A stretch of DNA of 64,000 bases. Source: Pseudomonadota bacterium. GTDB lineage: Bacteria > Pseudomonadota > Gammaproteobacteria > GCA-002705445 > GCA-002716945. The notes under the pieces were generated by a model. It searched no databases, had not been told where the DNA came from, and worked only from the letters and a program-made list of their open reading frames with translations. A program made the translations under genes and the position numbers. The stretch spans positions 7,636 through 71,635 of the forward strand of contig JAYZYL010000004.1 of assembly GCA_036140295.1 (NCBI GenBank). Reading direction: 5' to 3'. Position 1 is the stretch's first letter. Each line of letters opens with the position of its first letter. Positions 24,757 to 37,400 of the stretch are shown piece by piece.

Positions 24757-25118
24757 TAAGAGCTATTCAAGGTAAAAAAGAATCTCGTTTGAAAAGAGCA
24801 GTAAAAACTAGAAAAAGAATATGTGAAACGGCAGACCATCGGGTAAGTGTATTTAAATCTGGAAAACATATATATGCTCAATTATCAACATCAAAAGGAG
24901 ACAAAGTAATTACAATTATTTCTACAAATCAAAAAAAATTAAAAACAAAGATTAAATCTAATAATATTGAAAACTCTAAAATAGTTGGGAAAGAAATGGC
25001 TGAATTTATCAAAAAACAAAAAATAACAAAAGTGGCATTTGATAGATCAGGGTATAAATATCATGGGAAAGTTAAAGCTTTAGCTGATGCAATTCGTGAA
25101 AATGGAGTAAAAATATAA
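24753..25118 (+). CDS. rplR: 50S ribosomal protein L18
   Basis: [17 protein letters not shown]. Confidence 0.98.
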   Translation: MIRAIQGKKESRLKRAVKTRKRICETADHRVSVFKSGKHIYAQLSTSKGDKVITIISTNQKKLKTKIKSNNIENSKIVGKEMAEFIKKQKITKVAFDRSGYKYHGKVKALADAIRENGVKI

Positions 25119-25609
25119 TGGCACATGAAGAAGCAAAAACAGATTTTATAGAAAAACTTGTTGTTGTGAATAGAGTGGCAAAAGTTGTCAAGGGAGGAAG
25201 ACAATTTGGTTTTACTGCCTTAACCGTTGTTGGTGATGGAAATGGTAGAGTTGGTTATGGTTATGGAAAAGCAAAAGAAGTCCCAATTGCTATACAAAAA
25301 GCCATGGAAAAAGCTAAGAAAAGTATGACATCGGTTGCCCTAAAAAAAGGAACCTTACACCATTCAGTTACTTCATCTCACGGGTCTGCAAAAGTTTATA
25401 TGCAGCCAGCGGGAGAAGGTACAGGAATTATTGCAGGAGGTGCAATGAGAGCTGTATTTGAAGCAACCGGCATACATAATGTTCTTGCTAAAAGTATTGG
25501 ATCTACAAATCCAATAAATGTAGTAAAAGCAACAATTAAAGGCCTTGAATCTATGTATTACCCAGCATATGTTGCGTTAAAACGTGGAAAGAAAACTAGC
25601 GAGTTATAA
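25118..25609 (+). CDS. rpsE: 30S ribosomal protein S5
   Basis: [18 protein letters not shown]. Confidence 0.99.
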   Translation: MAHEEAKTDFIEKLVVVNRVAKVVKGGRQFGFTALTVVGDGNGRVGYGYGKAKEVPIAIQKAMEKAKKSMTSVALKKGTLHHSVTSSHGSAKVYMQPAGEGTGIIAGGAMRAVFEATGIHNVLAKSIGSTNPINVVKATIKGLESMYYPAYVALKRGKKTSEL

Positions 25610-25611
25610 CT

Positions 25612-25812
25612 ATGGTTAAAGAGAAAATAAAAAAGATTACTGTAAAACAAACAAAGAGCATTATAGGTAAAACTAGAAAACAAGTATCTAATTTGAAAGG
25701 ACTTGGATTGAAAAGAATTAATCACAAGGTGACTTTAAATGATACTCCTGAAACACAAGGTATGATTAAAAAAGTAAGACACATGGTGGAAATAGAAGCT
25801 CAAAAAGATTAG
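25612..25812 (+). CDS. rpmD: 50S ribosomal protein L30
   Basis: SIIG, GLGLKRI, GMIKKV; synteny. Confidence 0.96.
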   Translation: MVKEKIKKITVKQTKSIIGKTRKQVSNLKGLGLKRINHKVTLNDTPETQGMIKKVRHMVEIEAQKD

Positions 25813-25821
25813 GAAATAAAT

Positions 25822-26235
25822 ATGTTAAATGAATTTACAGTCAGCAAGGAAAGTAAAAAAAATAAAAAGAGAGTTGGACGTGGTATTGGTTCAGGTACTG
25901 GCAAAACTTGTGGGAGAGGGCATAAAGGACAAAAATCTCGATCAGGAGGCAAGATTCAAATAGGATTTGAAGGAGGGCAAATGCCTTTGCAAAGAAGATT
26001 ACCTAAGATAGGTTTTGTATCCCAAAAGAACCTTAATACAGCTGAATTAAAATATGATCGATTGGATGCCATAAAGGAAAAAGAAATTACTATAGATATT
26101 CTTAAGAAATATAACTTAATAAACAGTAAAATCAAAAAGGTAAGAATAATAGGTCCTTGCACAATGAAAAATAAAAAAACTTTTAAAAATATTTATTGTA
26201 CAAAATCCGTATTAGATTACGTGAAGGATAATTAA
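25822..26235 (+). CDS. rplO: 50S ribosomal protein L15
   Basis: [23 protein letters not shown]. Confidence 0.98.
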   Translation: MLNEFTVSKESKKNKKRVGRGIGSGTGKTCGRGHKGQKSRSGGKIQIGFEGGQMPLQRRLPKIGFVSQKNLNTAELKYDRLDAIKEKEITIDILKKYNLINSKIKKVRIIGPCTMKNKKTFKNIYCTKSVLDYVKDN

Positions 26236-26237
26236 TT

Positions 26238-27587
26238 ATGTCAAGAAAAAATACTAATGTATCAGCCGGGTTAGGAGGGCTTGCAAAATCGACAGAAATA
26301 AGGCAGAGAATATTCTTTGTTATTTTTGCCTTAGTTATATTCCGTCTTGGAAGTTTTATTACTTTGCCAGGTATCGATCCATCGGTAATGAAAATTATTT
26401 TTGACCAACAAAGAGGCAGTATACTTGATATGTTCAATATGTTTTCTGGAGGATCCTTATCAAGGATGTCTATTTTTGCCTTAGGTGTAATGCCCTATAT
26501 TTCTGCAGCTATTATAATGCAAATGATGACTCATATTTCTGCACCTTTAATACAGTTAAGAAAAGAGGGTGAAAGGGGAAGAAAAAAAATCACTAAATAT
26601 ACAAGGAACTTTACTGTTATACTGGCTTCCTTACAGTCTTTTGGAGTAGCGAGTGCACTACAAAACCAAAACACTTCAGCAACAACTTTAGTTATAGATC
26701 CAGGGGTAAACTTTATGGTTATTGCTGTAATTACACTTGTTACTGGGACCATGTTTCTCGTATGGCTTGGTGAACAAATTACGGAAAGAGGTATAGGAAA
26801 CGGTATTTCGATCATAATTTTTGCTGGGATAGTTGCTGGATTACCTTCTGCAATTGGGAATACTATTGATTTAGCTAGAAATGGGGAACTTCAAAATTTT
26901 ACTGTAATTTTAATATTCCTGCTTGTTATTTTAATAACAGTTTTCGTTATTTTTGTTGAGAGAGGGCAAAGAAAAATTCCAATTAATTATGCGAGAAAAA
27001 TGCAAGGTAGAAAGTTGTATGCAGCGCAAAGTACCCATCTGCCATTAAAGATAAACATGGCAGGTGTTATACCTCCAATTTTTGCATCTGCAATAATTTT
27101 GTTTCCTGCTACAATTGCCAGTTGGGCTGGAGCTGGTTCAGAAGGAGGGGTAATTCAACAAATAGCATTAACTTTGTCGCCTGGCCAACCGGTTTACATC
27201 CTATTTTATGCTTCTGCGATAATATTTTTCTGTTATTTTTATACAGCACTCGTATTTAATTCTAAAGAGACAGCAGATAATTTAAAAAATAGTGGTGCGT
27301 TTATACCGGGAATTAGACCAGGTGATCAGACAGCACGTTACATTGATGATATTACAACTAAACTTACCACTATTGGAGCAATTTATATAACATCAGTATG
27401 TTTACTTCCAGAATTTTTAATTTTATATTTTAATGTCCCATTTTATTTTGGAGGAACCTCTTTGTTAATTGTTGTAATTGTTGTGATGGATTTAATGGCC
27501 CAAATCCAGTCACATTTACTATCACATCAATATGAAGGGATGATGAAGAAGGCTAATCTTAAAGGAATTGGGGGCGGAGTAAAGTAA
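26238..27587 (+). CDS. secY: Preprotein translocase subunit SecY
   Basis: [28 protein letters not shown]. Confidence 0.99.
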   Translation: MSRKNTNVSAGLGGLAKSTEIRQRIFFVIFALVIFRLGSFITLPGIDPSVMKIIFDQQRGSILDMFNMFSGGSLSRMSIFALGVMPYISAAIIMQMMTHISAPLIQLRKEGERGRKKITKYTRNFTVILASLQSFGVASALQNQNTSATTLVIDPGVNFMVIAVITLVTGTMFLVWLGEQITERGIGNGISIIIFAGIVAGLPSAIGNTIDLARNGELQNFTVILIFLLVILITVFVIFVERGQRKIPINYARKMQGRKLYAAQSTHLPLKINMAGVIPPIFASAIILFPATIASWAGAGSEGGVIQQIALTLSPGQPVYILFYASAIIFFCYFYTALVFNSKETADNLKNSGAFIPGIRPGDQTARYIDDITTKLTTIGAIYITSVCLLPEFLILYFNVPFYFGGTSLLIVVIVVMDLMAQIQSHLLSHQYEGMMKKANLKGIGGGVK

Positions 27588-27588
27588 A

Positions 27589-27702
27589 ATGAAGGTAAGA
27601 GCATCAGTCAAAAAATTGTGTAGAAATTGCAGAATAATACGAAGAAATCGTGTTGTACGGGTTATATGTACAAATCCTAGACATAAGCAGAAACAAGGTT
27701 AA
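27589..27702 (+). CDS. rpmJ: 50S ribosomal protein L36 (zinc-ribbon form); absent from the ORF track
   Basis: Manual translation [37 protein letters not shown]. Confidence 0.98.
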   Translation: MKVRASVKKLCRNCRIIRRNRVVRVICTNPRHKQKQG

Positions 27703-27709
27703 CAGAGGG

Positions 27710-27738
27710 TTGTATTAATAGTAAATGAAATATAAAAT
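27710..27738 (+). promoter_or_regulatory. sigma70 promoter of the alpha operon
   Basis: TTGTAT-N17-TAAAAT 19 nt upstream of rpsM. Confidence 0.7.
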
Positions 27739-27757
27739 CGGCATTCAAGAGAAGTAA

Positions 27758-28117
27758 ATGGCTAGAATAGCAGGAATAAACTTACCAAATGGAAAGCATG
27801 TCTGGATTGCTCTTACCTCTATATATGGTATTGGTAGATCCAGGGCAATAAAGATATGTGCCGATTCTGGTGTTGATAAAACAAGGAAAGTAAAGGATCT
27901 TGATGAAAAGGATTTAGAGATTCTTAGAAACTTTGTATCAAAATATCAACTTGAAGGTGACTTACGGAGAGAGGTTTCTGTCAATATTAAGAGACTAATG
28001 GATATAGGATCATACAGAGGAATACGTCATAGAAAAGGATTGCCCCTCCGAGGACAAAAAACTAAAAATAACAGCAGGACTAGAAAGGGTCCAAAAAAAC
28101 TCTTAAAAGCAAAATAA
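27758..28117 (+). CDS. rpsM: 30S ribosomal protein S13
   Basis: MARIAG, IYGIG, YRGIRH..GLP.RGQ. Confidence 0.99.
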   Translation: MARIAGINLPNGKHVWIALTSIYGIGRSRAIKICADSGVDKTRKVKDLDEKDLEILRNFVSKYQLEGDLRREVSVNIKRLMDIGSYRGIRHRKGLPLRGQKTKNNSRTRKGPKKLLKAK

Positions 28118-28118
28118 A

Positions 28119-28523
28119 ATGGTAGAAGAAAAAACAAAAGTAAAAACAAAATCAAGGAAAAAGAAAGAAAAAAGGATAGTTAATGAGGGGATAGCTCATA
28201 TCTATGCATCCTTCAATAACACAGTAATAACTATCACTGATAAACAGGGAAATACAATTTCTTGGGCTACATCAGGGGGTTCGGGATTTCGTGGTTCAAG
28301 GAAGAGTACGCCGTTTGCCGCACAAATTGCAGCCGAAAGAGCTGGACAAAAAGCAGCTGAATTTGGCTTAAAAAGTTTGGAAGTCTTAGTCAAGGGACCT
28401 GGACCTGGTAGAGATTCTGCTGTTAGATCATTTAATAGTTCTGGTTTCAAAATTACAAATATAAAGGACATTACTCCACTACCACACAATGGATGTAGGC
28501 CACCAAAAAAGAGGAGAGTATAG
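28119..28523 (+). CDS. rpsK: 30S ribosomal protein S11
   Basis: [23 protein letters not shown]. Confidence 0.99.
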   Translation: MVEEKTKVKTKSRKKKEKRIVNEGIAHIYASFNNTVITITDKQGNTISWATSGGSGFRGSRKSTPFAAQIAAERAGQKAAEFGLKSLEVLVKGPGPGRDSAVRSFNSSGFKITNIKDITPLPHNGCRPPKKRRV

Positions 28524-28526
28524 AAT

Positions 28527-29147
28527 ATGGCAAAATATACAGGTTCCAAGTGTAAATTAATGAGAAGAGAAGGAACAGACCTTTACTTAAAATCAGGTGT
28601 ACGGGCTCTCGATACAAAATGTAATATTGATAAAAAACCAGGAATTGCGGGAGAGAGAAGAGCAAAGACATCAGATTATGCTTTGCAATTAAGAGAAAAA
28701 CAAAAAGTAAAAAGAATATATGGTATTCTTGAAAAACAATTTAGAAATTACTATAAGAAATCAGCAAGCAAAAAGGGATCGACGGGTGAAAACCTACTAA
28801 CTGCATTAGAATCTAGATTAGATAATGTTGTCTATAGGATAGGTTTTGGTTCAACAAGAGCTGAGTCAAGACAATTAGTAAATCATAAGAATATTGAGGT
28901 AAATGGGAAATTAATTAATGTACCATCTTACCAAGTTAATCCAAATGATCAAATTTCTGTAAGAGAGAAATGTAGAGAACAGCTTCGCATTAAATATGCA
29001 ATGGGTTTGGCTGAAAACAGAGGCGTCAGTGATTGGTTGGAAGTTGATCCAAAAAGTTTAAAAGGAACTTTTATTCGAAACCCCGAAAGGAAAGAATTAC
29101 CGTCTGAAATAAACGAATCTTTAATTGTAGAATTATACTCAAAATAG
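28527..29147 (+). CDS. rpsD: 30S ribosomal protein S4
   Basis: [26 protein letters not shown]. Confidence 0.99.
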   Translation: MAKYTGSKCKLMRREGTDLYLKSGVRALDTKCNIDKKPGIAGERRAKTSDYALQLREKQKVKRIYGILEKQFRNYYKKSASKKGSTGENLLTALESRLDNVVYRIGFGSTRAESRQLVNHKNIEVNGKLINVPSYQVNPNDQISVREKCREQLRIKYAMGLAENRGVSDWLEVDPKSLKGTFIRNPERKELPSEINESLIVELYSK

Positions 29148-29154
29148 GTGAAAT

Positions 29155-30141
29155 ATGAAAAAAAATGACTTTCTCAAACCAAAACTTGTTGATATAGAAA
29201 TTATAGGACCTTCCCATGCAAAGGTCACAATAGAGCCATTAGAAAGAGGGTTTGGACATACACTCGGTAATGCTCTTAGAAGAATATTGTTATCATCTCT
29301 TCCAGGTAGTGCAGTTATAGAGGTTACAATAGAAAATATACTTCATGAATATAGTACGATTGAGGGTGTAGAGGAAGATGTGTTATCAATATTATTAAAT
29401 ATTAAAAAACTGGCATTAATATTACATAATAAAGATAAGGCGGAAATTACACTTAGAAAAAAAGGGAAAGGACCAGTTTTAGCATCCGACATAACGGATA
29501 ATCCAGATATAGAGATAAAAAATCCAGATTTTTGTATAGCTACCATAACCAACAACGATACTGAACTTGTTATAAATATGACAGTAGCTACAGGTAGAGG
29601 TTATCAGCAAGCACAAAAGCGAAGATTTAATGAGCAAGATGATTTAGGAATTGGAAAAATGCAAATAGATGCATCTTTCAGCCCCGTTGTAGAGGTGTCA
29701 TATAATGTTGACTCTGCCAGAGTAAAACAAAGAACAGATTTAGATAAATTAATAATAGATTTAAGAACAAATAAAACAATTGAACCAGAAGATGCAATCA
29801 GAAGAGCAGGAAAGATTTTGCGAGATCAGTTAGAGGTATTTACATATCTTGAAGTTAAAGAAGAAATGGAAGAAGATTCTGATATACCACAGATTGATCC
29901 CGTATTATTAAGACCAGTTGATGATTTGGAACTTACTGTAAGGTCTGCAAACTGCTTAAAAGCTGAAAATATATATTATATTGGGGATTTAGTACAAAGA
30001 AGTGAAATGGAATTATTAAAAACTCCAAATCTTGGCAAAAAGTCTCTAACTGAGATAAAAGATGTGTTAGCAACTCATAGCTTATCCTTGGGCTTAAAAC
30101 TTGAAGATTGGCCGCCAAAAAATATCGAGAAAAGACAATGA
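29155..30141 (+). CDS. rpoA: RNA polymerase alpha subunit
   Basis: [28 protein letters not shown]. Confidence 0.99.
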   Translation: MKKNDFLKPKLVDIEIIGPSHAKVTIEPLERGFGHTLGNALRRILLSSLPGSAVIEVTIENILHEYSTIEGVEEDVLSILLNIKKLALILHNKDKAEITLRKKGKGPVLASDITDNPDIEIKNPDFCIATITNNDTELVINMTVATGRGYQQAQKRRFNEQDDLGIGKMQIDASFSPVVEVSYNVDSARVKQRTDLDKLIIDLRTNKTIEPEDAIRRAGKILRDQLEVFTYLEVKEEMEEDSDIPQIDPVLLRPVDDLELTVRSANCLKAENIYYIGDLVQRSEMELLKTPNLGKKSLTEIKDVLATHSLSLGLKLEDWPPKNIEKRQ

Positions 30142-30509
30142 GACATCAAAAATCAGGAAGACAACTAAATCGTAATGCATCTCATAGAAAGTCGTTAATG
30201 AGAAATTTAGCCGCTTCTCTTTTTGAGTTTGAGCGCATCAGCACAACCCTTTCAAAAGCAAAAGAATTACGCAAAGTTGCAGAACCATTAATAACTCTAG
30301 CAAAAACTGACTCATTGATAAGAAGAAGGCTTGCTTATTCAAAAATAAGAAATAAAAAACTTGTAAAAAAATTATTTGAAGATTTAGGGCCAAGATTTAA
30401 AAATAGACCTGGTGGATATTTAAGAATTTTGCGTTTTGGATTTAGGTTGGGTGATTCTTCCCCTAAAGCCTACATCGAGTTAACTGAAAAATCTAATGAG
30501 AGTCTTTAA
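30138..30509 (+). CDS. rplQ: 50S ribosomal protein L17
   Basis: [20 protein letters not shown]; ATGA overlap with rpoA stop. Confidence 0.98.
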   Translation: MRHQKSGRQLNRNASHRKSLMRNLAASLFEFERISTTLSKAKELRKVAEPLITLAKTDSLIRRRLAYSKIRNKKLVKKLFEDLGPRFKNRPGGYLRILRFGFRLGDSSPKAYIELTEKSNESL

Positions 30510-33345
30510 GTTTATCTTTTAAGAATACGCCGGTATAAGATTTCTTATTTTTTGCCAAATCATTAGGTGTGCCGGTAGCTATAACAAAACCACCTTCATC
30601 ACCACCTTCGGGTCCCAAATCAATAACCCAATCAGCTGTCTTTATGACATCAAGATTGTGTTCTATAACAAGAAGGGTATTCCCCTTATCCCTAAGTTTG
30701 TGTAAAACTTTAAGTAACTTTTCAACATCATAAAAATGCAGACCAGTCGTAGGTTCATCCAAGACATATAGCGTCTTACCAGTATCTCTTTTTATAAGTT
30801 CTTTTGCGAGTTTAATTCTCTGTGCTTCTCCGCCAGATAATGTTGTGGCATTTTGTCCAAGTTTTATATATGACAAACCAACTTCATCCAACATTTCAAG
30901 TTTTCTTCTTATAATAGGAATATTTTTAAAAAACCGAAGAGCTTCTTCCACCGTATAATTTAAAATATCGCTTATATTTTTAGATTTAAATGTTATTTCT
31001 AAAGTTTCTTTATTATATCTCTTCCCTAGACATTTATCGCATTTAATATATATGTCTGGTAGGAAATGCATTTCTACTTTGATTACTCCATCACCTTGAC
31101 AAGTCTGACAACGACCCCCTTGAACATTAAAACTAAATCTACCAGGTTTATATCCTCTAGACCTTGCTTCTTGTGTTTGAGAAAATAATTCTCGTATGGG
31201 TGTAAATACCCCAGTGTATGTAGCAGGATTTGAGCGTGGAGTCCTACCAATTGGACTTTGGTCAATATTAATCAGGTTATCAATTTCGCTTACACCTAAA
31301 ATATTTTTACATAGTATATTGGATTTATCTTCATCTAGATGTTCCTGTACAATATAATCAAATAAAATATCATTTATTAGAGTTGATTTCCCAGAACCTG
31401 ATACACCTGTAATGCATGTTAATAAACCAATTGGAACATCAACATTTATATTTTTTAAATTATTTGCGTGCGCACCTTTAATTGATAACATCCTTTTTTT
31501 ATTAAACTTTGTTCTTTTGTTTGGAATTGGGATCTTCATTTTCCCTGATATATATTTGCCGGTATAGGATTTATCTATTTTGCATAATTGGTTAGCTTTT
31601 CCAGAAAAAACAATATCTCCTCCATGTTCTCCAGCTCCAGGTCCAACGTCAATTACATGATCTGAAGTCATAATAGTTTCCTCATCATGCTCAACAACAA
31701 TTACAGTATTTCCCAAATCTCTTAACTTTTTTAGTGTATCAAGTAATCTTTTGTTATCCCTTTGATGTAAACCTATAGATGGTTCATCTAGAATATACAT
31801 AACTCCAACTAAGCCTGAACCAATTTGGCTTGCCAATCTAATTCTTTGTGCTTCGCCACCCGAAAGTGTTTCAGCATTCCTATCCAATGTTAGGTAATTC
31901 AAACCAACATCAACTAAAAACTTTAAACGATTCTGTATTTCAGAAATAATTTTTGCAGAAATTTCTTTTTTCATTCCATGAAGCTTTAAATTTGAAAAGA
32001 AATCATAACATTCTTTAATTGTTAAAGATGCTATATTATTTATTGATTTATTATTTAAAAAAACATTCCTTGCTCTTTCGTTTAATCTAGATCCATCACA
32101 GACACTACATTTTTTTTCGCTTAAATATCTCGAAAGATTTTCTCGAATGGCAAAAGAATTGGTTTTGTTATATTGCTTATCAAAAATATTCACTATTCCA
32201 TCAAACTTATGTTTTTTTATAATATAATCATCGCTAGAAGATCTATTCCTTCTAAATATTTTAGGGTATTTGAATTTTATAATTTCTCCATCACTTCCAT
32301 AAAAAAGAGTTTTTTGAAAAGATTTTGGAAGATTTCTATATTGTGCATTCATATTAATATTATAATGTGTGGCTAGAGATTCTAGCAGTTGGTAATAAAA
32401 AGCACTTTTCTTATCCCAACCTTTAATTGCTCCATCTGATAAACTTAATTCTTGATTAACAATAATCTTTTCAGGATCAAAAAACTCTCTTACACCAAGT
32501 CCATCACATCCTTCACATGCTCCCATTGGGCTATTAAAAGAAAACAATCTTGGTTCGAGTTCACTTATAGAATATCCACAATGAGGACAAGAAAATTTTG
32601 TAGAAAATATATAATCAATCTTATTTGTTTGCATATTAAGAATATAGACAACTCCATTTGATATTTCTGAAGCTGTATCTAATGATTCTGTAATTCTTAG
32701 TTTATTATTTTGTGTAGATTTAATTCTATCAACAACAATTTCAATATCATTTTTTTGTTTAGGGTCAACCTTAAAATCATCTGTAAATTTATATATATCA
32801 TTATTTATCCTAATCCTCATAAAACCCTGTTGTTCAAAATTTTTCAATAATTTGATATGTTCACCTTTTTGCTGTTTCACTATTGGTGTTAGAATACCTA
32901 TATTTTTATCATCATATTCTTTCAAAATTTTTTCGGTCATATCACTAACAGAAATAGCTTCTAGTTTAATATTATGTTCTGGGCATCGAGGCACACCAAC
33001 CCGAGCAAATAATAGTCGGAAGTAATCATAAATCTCCGTAATGGTACCCACCGTAGACCTAGGATTATGAGATGATGATTTTTGTTCTATGGAAATTGCT
33101 GGAGAGAGCCCTTCAATAGAATCAACATCCGGCTTATCCATCATTGATAAAAATTGGCGAGCGTATGATGACAGAGACTCCATATACTTTCTTTGACCTT
33201 CAGCAAAAATAGTATCAAAAGCGAGAGAAGATTTTCCAGATCCTGATAATCCTGTTATTGTAATAATTTTGTCACGAGGTATTTCAACGTTTATATTTTT
33301 TAGGTTATGAGTTCTAGCACCTTTTACAAAAATATTCTTTTTCAT
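30493..33345 (-). CDS. uvrA: Excinuclease ABC subunit A
   Basis: Two Walker A ([16 protein letters not shown]), two LSGGEAQR signatures, Zn-finger CxxC pairs; ATG 33345 preferred. Confidence 0.99.
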   Translation of the reverse strand: MKKNIFVKGARTHNLKNINVEIPRDKIITITGLSGSGKSSLAFDTIFAEGQRKYMESLSSYARQFLSMMDKPDVDSIEGLSPAISIEQKSSSHNPRSTVGTITEIYDYFRLLFARVGVPRCPEHNIKLEAISVSDMTEKILKEYDDKNIGILTPIVKQQKGEHIKLLKNFEQQGFMRIRINNDIYKFTDDFKVDPKQKNDIEIVVDRIKSTQNNKLRITESLDTASEISNGVVYILNMQTNKIDYIFSTKFSCPHCGYSISELEPRLFSFNSPMGACEGCDGLGVREFFDPEKIIVNQELSLSDGAIKGWDKKSAFYYQLLESLATHYNINMNAQYRNLPKSFQKTLFYGSDGEIIKFKYPKIFRRNRSSSDDYIIKKHKFDGIVNIFDKQYNKTNSFAIRENLSRYLSEKKCSVCDGSRLNERARNVFLNNKSINNIASLTIKECYDFFSNLKLHGMKKEISAKIISEIQNRLKFLVDVGLNYLTLDRNAETLSGGEAQRIRLASQIGSGLVGVMYILDEPSIGLHQRDNKRLLDTLKKLRDLGNTVIVVEHDEETIMTSDHVIDVGPGAGEHGGDIVFSGKANQLCKIDKSYTGKYISGKMKIPIPNKRTKFNKKRMLSIKGAHANNLKNINVDVPIGLLTCITGVSGSGKSTLINDILFDYIVQEHLDEDKSNILCKNILGVSEIDNLINIDQSPIGRTPRSNPATYTGVFTPIRELFSQTQEARSRGYKPGRFSFNVQGGRCQTCQGDGVIKVEMHFLPDIYIKCDKCLGKRYNKETLEITFKSKNISDILNYTVEEALRFFKNIPIIRRKLEMLDEVGLSYIKLGQNATTLSGGEAQRIKLAKELIKRDTGKTLYVLDEPTTGLHFYDVEKLLKVLHKLRDKGNTLLVIEHNLDVIKTADWVIDLGPEGGDEGGFVIATGTPNDLAKNKKSYTGVFLKDKLKDSH

Positions 33346-33404
33346 CCTAGACAAATCATATCATTAAAGGAGAGAATATTAATCATTTTTAGAATAGAAT
33401 ATAT

Positions 33405-34586
33405 ATGAACAAAAATATGGAAATAAACACAGGTCTATCAAAATCAGAAATAAAACTTACAGGGATTATTTTCATGATCTATATGTTTCGCATGCTCGGG
33501 ATATTTATGATTTTTCCAATCCTTTCAATTTTTTTAAACAATTATGATGGATCCACATCTTTTTTAATAGGAGTTGCATTGGGTATATGGGGACTCACAA
33601 ATGCCTTATTTCAAATACCCCTTGGGATACTATCAGACTTTATTGGCAGGAAAAAAATAATTATATTTGGCCTCATTATTTTTATAGTAGGTTCAATAAT
33701 TGCAGGAATGGCGACAGATGTGATGACTGTAATTCTTGGAAGAAGTTTACAAGGAGTTGGAGCAATTTCTGGAAGTTTGATGGCATTAGCATCTGATATA
33801 AGTTCAGAAAGAAATAGAACTACAGTGATGGCTCTTGTCGGAATAGGAATAGGGTTTTCTTTTTTTCTTTCCTTTCTTATAGGTCCAGTCATTGCACATG
33901 TTTATGATTTGTCTGGGGTTTTTTTTGCTGCAGCTATTTTTTCATTTTTCAGCATAATTTTGATTATTTATTTTCCTGATACAAAAAACATAAAGCCGTC
34001 AGAAAAGTTTCAATTTTCAGAAGTTAAAAAATTATTTTACAATAAAGATATAGTAAATTGCTATGGTGGGATTTTTGTATTGCATCTAATTTTAACAGCA
34101 TGCTTTGTTGCAATACCAATTACATTAACTGATATACACGAGATAAGCAGTAGTGAATATCCCCAAGTTTTTTCTTTCATCCTATCAATGTCGCTTTTGT
34201 TAATAATACCTCTATTATTTCTAGAGAGAAAAAATACACAAAAAACTTATGTTTATTCGTCTCTGATACTTTTATGTTCACTTGTTGGATTAGCAGGATT
34301 TTATAGTAATGCTATATACACTATTTTTTTTCTTGTATTTTTAATGGGATCATTTAGTGTTCTTGAAGCATCCTTACCATCATCTATTTCTAAAATTGCA
34401 CCCACATCATCAAGAGGTGCATCAATGGGTTTTTTTTCAACCTTCCAGTTCTTAGGGACTTTTGTTGGAGGAATTGTTGGTGGGTTTGTTCTCCAAAACT
34501 CTAGTTTAAGTGTCATTTTTCTTGTCTGTGCTATAATATCAGGTATATGGATAGGAACATTATTGTTACAAATGAACGATGAATAA
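33405..34586 (+). CDS. MFS transporter (YajR-like, without C-terminal soluble domain)
   Basis: About 12 TM, motif A GILSDFIGRK, FRMLG; uvrA-MFS-ssb synteny common in Gammaproteobacteria. Confidence 0.85.
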   Translation: MNKNMEINTGLSKSEIKLTGIIFMIYMFRMLGIFMIFPILSIFLNNYDGSTSFLIGVALGIWGLTNALFQIPLGILSDFIGRKKIIIFGLIIFIVGSIIAGMATDVMTVILGRSLQGVGAISGSLMALASDISSERNRTTVMALVGIGIGFSFFLSFLIGPVIAHVYDLSGVFFAAAIFSFFSIILIIYFPDTKNIKPSEKFQFSEVKKLFYNKDIVNCYGGIFVLHLILTACFVAIPITLTDIHEISSSEYPQVFSFILSMSLLLIIPLLFLERKNTQKTYVYSSLILLCSLVGLAGFYSNAIYTIFFLVFLMGSFSVLEASLPSSISKIAPTSSRGASMGFFSTFQFLGTFVGGIVGGFVLQNSSLSVIFLVCAIISGIWIGTLLLQMNDE

Positions 34587-34598
34587 AATGAGAGATAT

Positions 34599-35054
34599 AT
34601 GTCTGTCAATAAGGTAATTATTCTAGGAACAGTAGGTAGAGATCCTGAGGTCAAGTATATGCCTAATGGAACTGCTGTTACACAATTATCACTTGCCACA
34701 AATAGAAAAGTTAAAAATCAAGAATCAGGAAACTGGGAAGATACAACTGAATGGCATAGAGTTGTATTTTTTGATAAAAAGGCTGAAGCTATTGGTCAAT
34801 ATATTAAGAAAGGAAGACAGCTCTTTGTTGAGGGGAGATTACAAACACGTAAGTGGGAAAAAGATGGGATTGAAAGATATACAACTGAAATCATTGCTTA
34901 TGAATTCAGTTTTGTAGGCAATAAATCAGATAATGTTGAAGGTGAATCTACCTCCGGCAGTGATAAGAGCCAAGGCTTTGATCAAACAGTAAAACAAAAA
35001 GAGGAATTTAATCAAGACGCCTCTCCACAACAGGACGATGAAATACCCTTTTAG
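34599..35054 (+). CDS. ssb: Single-stranded DNA-binding protein
   Basis: [15 protein letters not shown], acidic C-terminal DDEIPF. Confidence 0.99.
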   Translation: MSVNKVIILGTVGRDPEVKYMPNGTAVTQLSLATNRKVKNQESGNWEDTTEWHRVVFFDKKAEAIGQYIKKGRQLFVEGRLQTRKWEKDGIERYTTEIIAYEFSFVGNKSDNVEGESTSGSDKSQGFDQTVKQKEEFNQDASPQQDDEIPF

Positions 35055-35059
35055 ACTCC

Positions 35060-36406
35060 ATGCTTGAAACTAAAAAATTCTTTATAAAGACACATGGGTG
35101 TCAGATGAACGAATATGATTCTGAAAAGCTAGGTGATACTTTGAGACATAACTTAAATATGTCAGAAACAAAAAATCTTGAAGAGGCTGACATACTATTA
35201 TTGAATACCTGTTCAATTCGTGAGAAAGCACAAGAAAAGGTATTTTCGGAATTAGGACGTTGGAAAAAAATCAAAGCAAAAAAACCAAATACACTTATAG
35301 CTGTTGGAGGTTGTGTTGCGGTGCAGGAGGGCAAAAATTTAAAATCTAGGTCACCTCAAGTAGATATAATATTCGGGCCACAGACAATTCACAGACTTCC
35401 TAAAATGATTCGTCAAGCATATTCGTCAAAAGAAACATTTATAGATACGAGTTTTCCAGAGATAGAAAAATTTGATTACCTGCCATTTTCTGAAAAGAAA
35501 GTACCTTCAGCTTATGTGTCAATTATGGAAGGTTGTAGTAAATATTGTACATTTTGTATCGTTCCATATACTCGAGGTGATGAAGTTAATAGAAAATTTG
35601 ACGACATAATTTTTGAAGTATATAAATTATCACAGCTTGGAACAAAAGAGATAATACTTTTAGGTCAAAATGTTAATGCATATAAATCAACAACAAATAA
35701 TGGAAAAAAGGCTGACTTAGCATTACTAATAAGACATATATCACATATAAAAGGAATTGAAAGAATAAGATACACAACTTCACATCCAATAGATTTTTCA
35801 GACAGCCTAATTAAAGAATATAATAATAAAAAATTAGCAGACCATCTTCACCTTCCAATCCAGTCTGGCTCAGATATGATCTTATCAAGAATGAAAAGGA
35901 AGCACACGACATTAGAATATAAAAATATAATAAAAAATGTTAGAGAGGTCAGACCAAACATAAGCCTGACATCAGATTTTATTATAGGCTATCCAGGTGA
36001 GACTGATTATGATTTTGAACAAACTCTTGACCTTGTTGAAGAACTTAGATTTGATGATGCATATAGTTTTATCTACAGCCCAAGACCTGGGACACCTGCA
36101 GCATATGAAAAATGTACCATAAAAGATAATGTGAAGAAGAGAAGGCTACAAGTATTGCAAAATACTTTAAAAAATTTATCTAAAGAATTTTCTAAAAGCA
36201 TGTTGGGATCTGACGAAGAAATATTAGTGGAAGGGGTTTCTGCTCGAAAGGAAAATGAATTATTTGGGAGAACTAGTAGTAACAAAGTTGTTAATTTTAA
36301 AGGTTTAACTAGTCTAATTGGAAAGCTTGTAAACGTGAAAGTTACTGAGCTCAAATCTAATACACTAAGGGGAGAATTTTTGGGTTTGTCAGAAGAAGAG
36401 AGATAG
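35060..36406 (+). CDS. miaB: tRNA-2-methylthio-N6-dimethylallyladenosine synthase
   Basis: GCQMNEYDS, NTCSIREKA, radical-SAM CSKYCTFC, C-terminal TRAM domain. Confidence 0.97.
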   Translation: MLETKKFFIKTHGCQMNEYDSEKLGDTLRHNLNMSETKNLEEADILLLNTCSIREKAQEKVFSELGRWKKIKAKKPNTLIAVGGCVAVQEGKNLKSRSPQVDIIFGPQTIHRLPKMIRQAYSSKETFIDTSFPEIEKFDYLPFSEKKVPSAYVSIMEGCSKYCTFCIVPYTRGDEVNRKFDDIIFEVYKLSQLGTKEIILLGQNVNAYKSTTNNGKKADLALLIRHISHIKGIERIRYTTSHPIDFSDSLIKEYNNKKLADHLHLPIQSGSDMILSRMKRKHTTLEYKNIIKNVREVRPNISLTSDFIIGYPGETDYDFEQTLDLVEELRFDDAYSFIYSPRPGTPAAYEKCTIKDNVKKRRLQVLQNTLKNLSKEFSKSMLGSDEEILVEGVSARKENELFGRTSSNKVVNFKGLTSLIGKLVNVKVTELKSNTLRGEFLGLSEEER

Positions 36407-36422
36407 GAGAAACACAAGTATT

Positions 36423-37400
36423 TTGGCTATAAAAACAAAACATGAAAATATAATTTTGCATCCAGAGGATAATAACCGCCTTGCGAATTTATGTGGACAA
36501 CTTGATGAAAATTTACGTCAAATTGAATCACACATGGATGTTGAAATAAGTAATAGAGGAAACACCTTTAGAATTAAAGGAAATGAAAAAAATGTTCCCT
36601 TAACACTAGAATTGATTAAAGAACTTTATAAAATTTCAGAATTTGAAGAATTGACTCCTAAGCATCTACATATGTATATGAATAAAAATAAATCTTTAAC
36701 AAAAGGGGATAAGAATGAACTAGATAGTGAAACTATTTTGAAACTTAAGAAGATTATAATAAGACCAAAATCAAAAGTACAAGAATCATATATAAAAGGT
36801 ATTTATAAAAGTGATTTATCATTTGGTATTGGTCCTGCTGGAACAGGGAAAACATATTTAGCGGTAGCTTGTGCCGTTAATTATTTAGAGAATGATCTTG
36901 TGAAGAAAATTTTTCTTGCAAGACCAGCAATAGAAGCTGGTGAGAAACTAGGGTTTCTTCCAGGAGATTTAACAGAGAAAGTTAACCCATACCTTCAGCC
37001 CATATACGATGCATTATATGAAATTGTTGGGTATGATAGAGTGACAAGATTGCTTGAAAGAAAAACTATTGAGATAGTTCCGTTGGCATATATGAGAGGG
37101 AGAACATTGAATGATGCTTTTATTATCTTAGATGAAGCCCAAAATACTACAATTGCTCAAATGGAAATGTTTCTAACAAGGATTGGATACGGCTCAAAAA
37201 CTGTTGTAACAGGTGATATTAGCCAAGTTGATTTACCAAGAGATACTAAATCTGGATTAAAAGACTGTCTAGAATTTATATCAAAAATTAAGGGAACTCA
37301 TGTGTCAATTTTTAAACCTACGGATGTAATGAGACACAATATTGTTAGAAGTATAATTCGTGAGTATAGCAAAAGAAAAAGTGAACAATTTAAAAATTAG
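36423..37400 (+). CDS. ybeZ: PhoH-family ATPase
   Basis: GPAGTGKTYLA, GEKLGFLPG, YMRGRTL, DEAQN; TTG start uncertain. Confidence 0.93.
   Translation: MAIKTKHENIILHPEDNNRLANLCGQLDENLRQIESHMDVEISNRGNTFRIKGNEKNVPLTLELIKELYKISEFEELTPKHLHMYMNKNKSLTKGDKNELDSETILKLKKIIIRPKSKVQESYIKGIYKSDLSFGIGPAGTGKTYLAVACAVNYLENDLVKKIFLARPAIEAGEKLGFLPGDLTEKVNPYLQPIYDALYEIVGYDRVTRLLERKTIEIVPLAYMRGRTLNDAFIILDEAQNTTIAQMEMFLTRIGYGSKTVVTGDISQVDLPRDTKSGLKDCLEFISKIKGTHVSIFKPTDVMRHNIVRSIIREYSKRKSEQFKN

Noticed and set aside
33346-33404. Expected LexA box in the uvrA/MFS divergent gap
   Set aside because: No CTGT-N8-ACAG present; absence alone says little without knowing whether lexA exists
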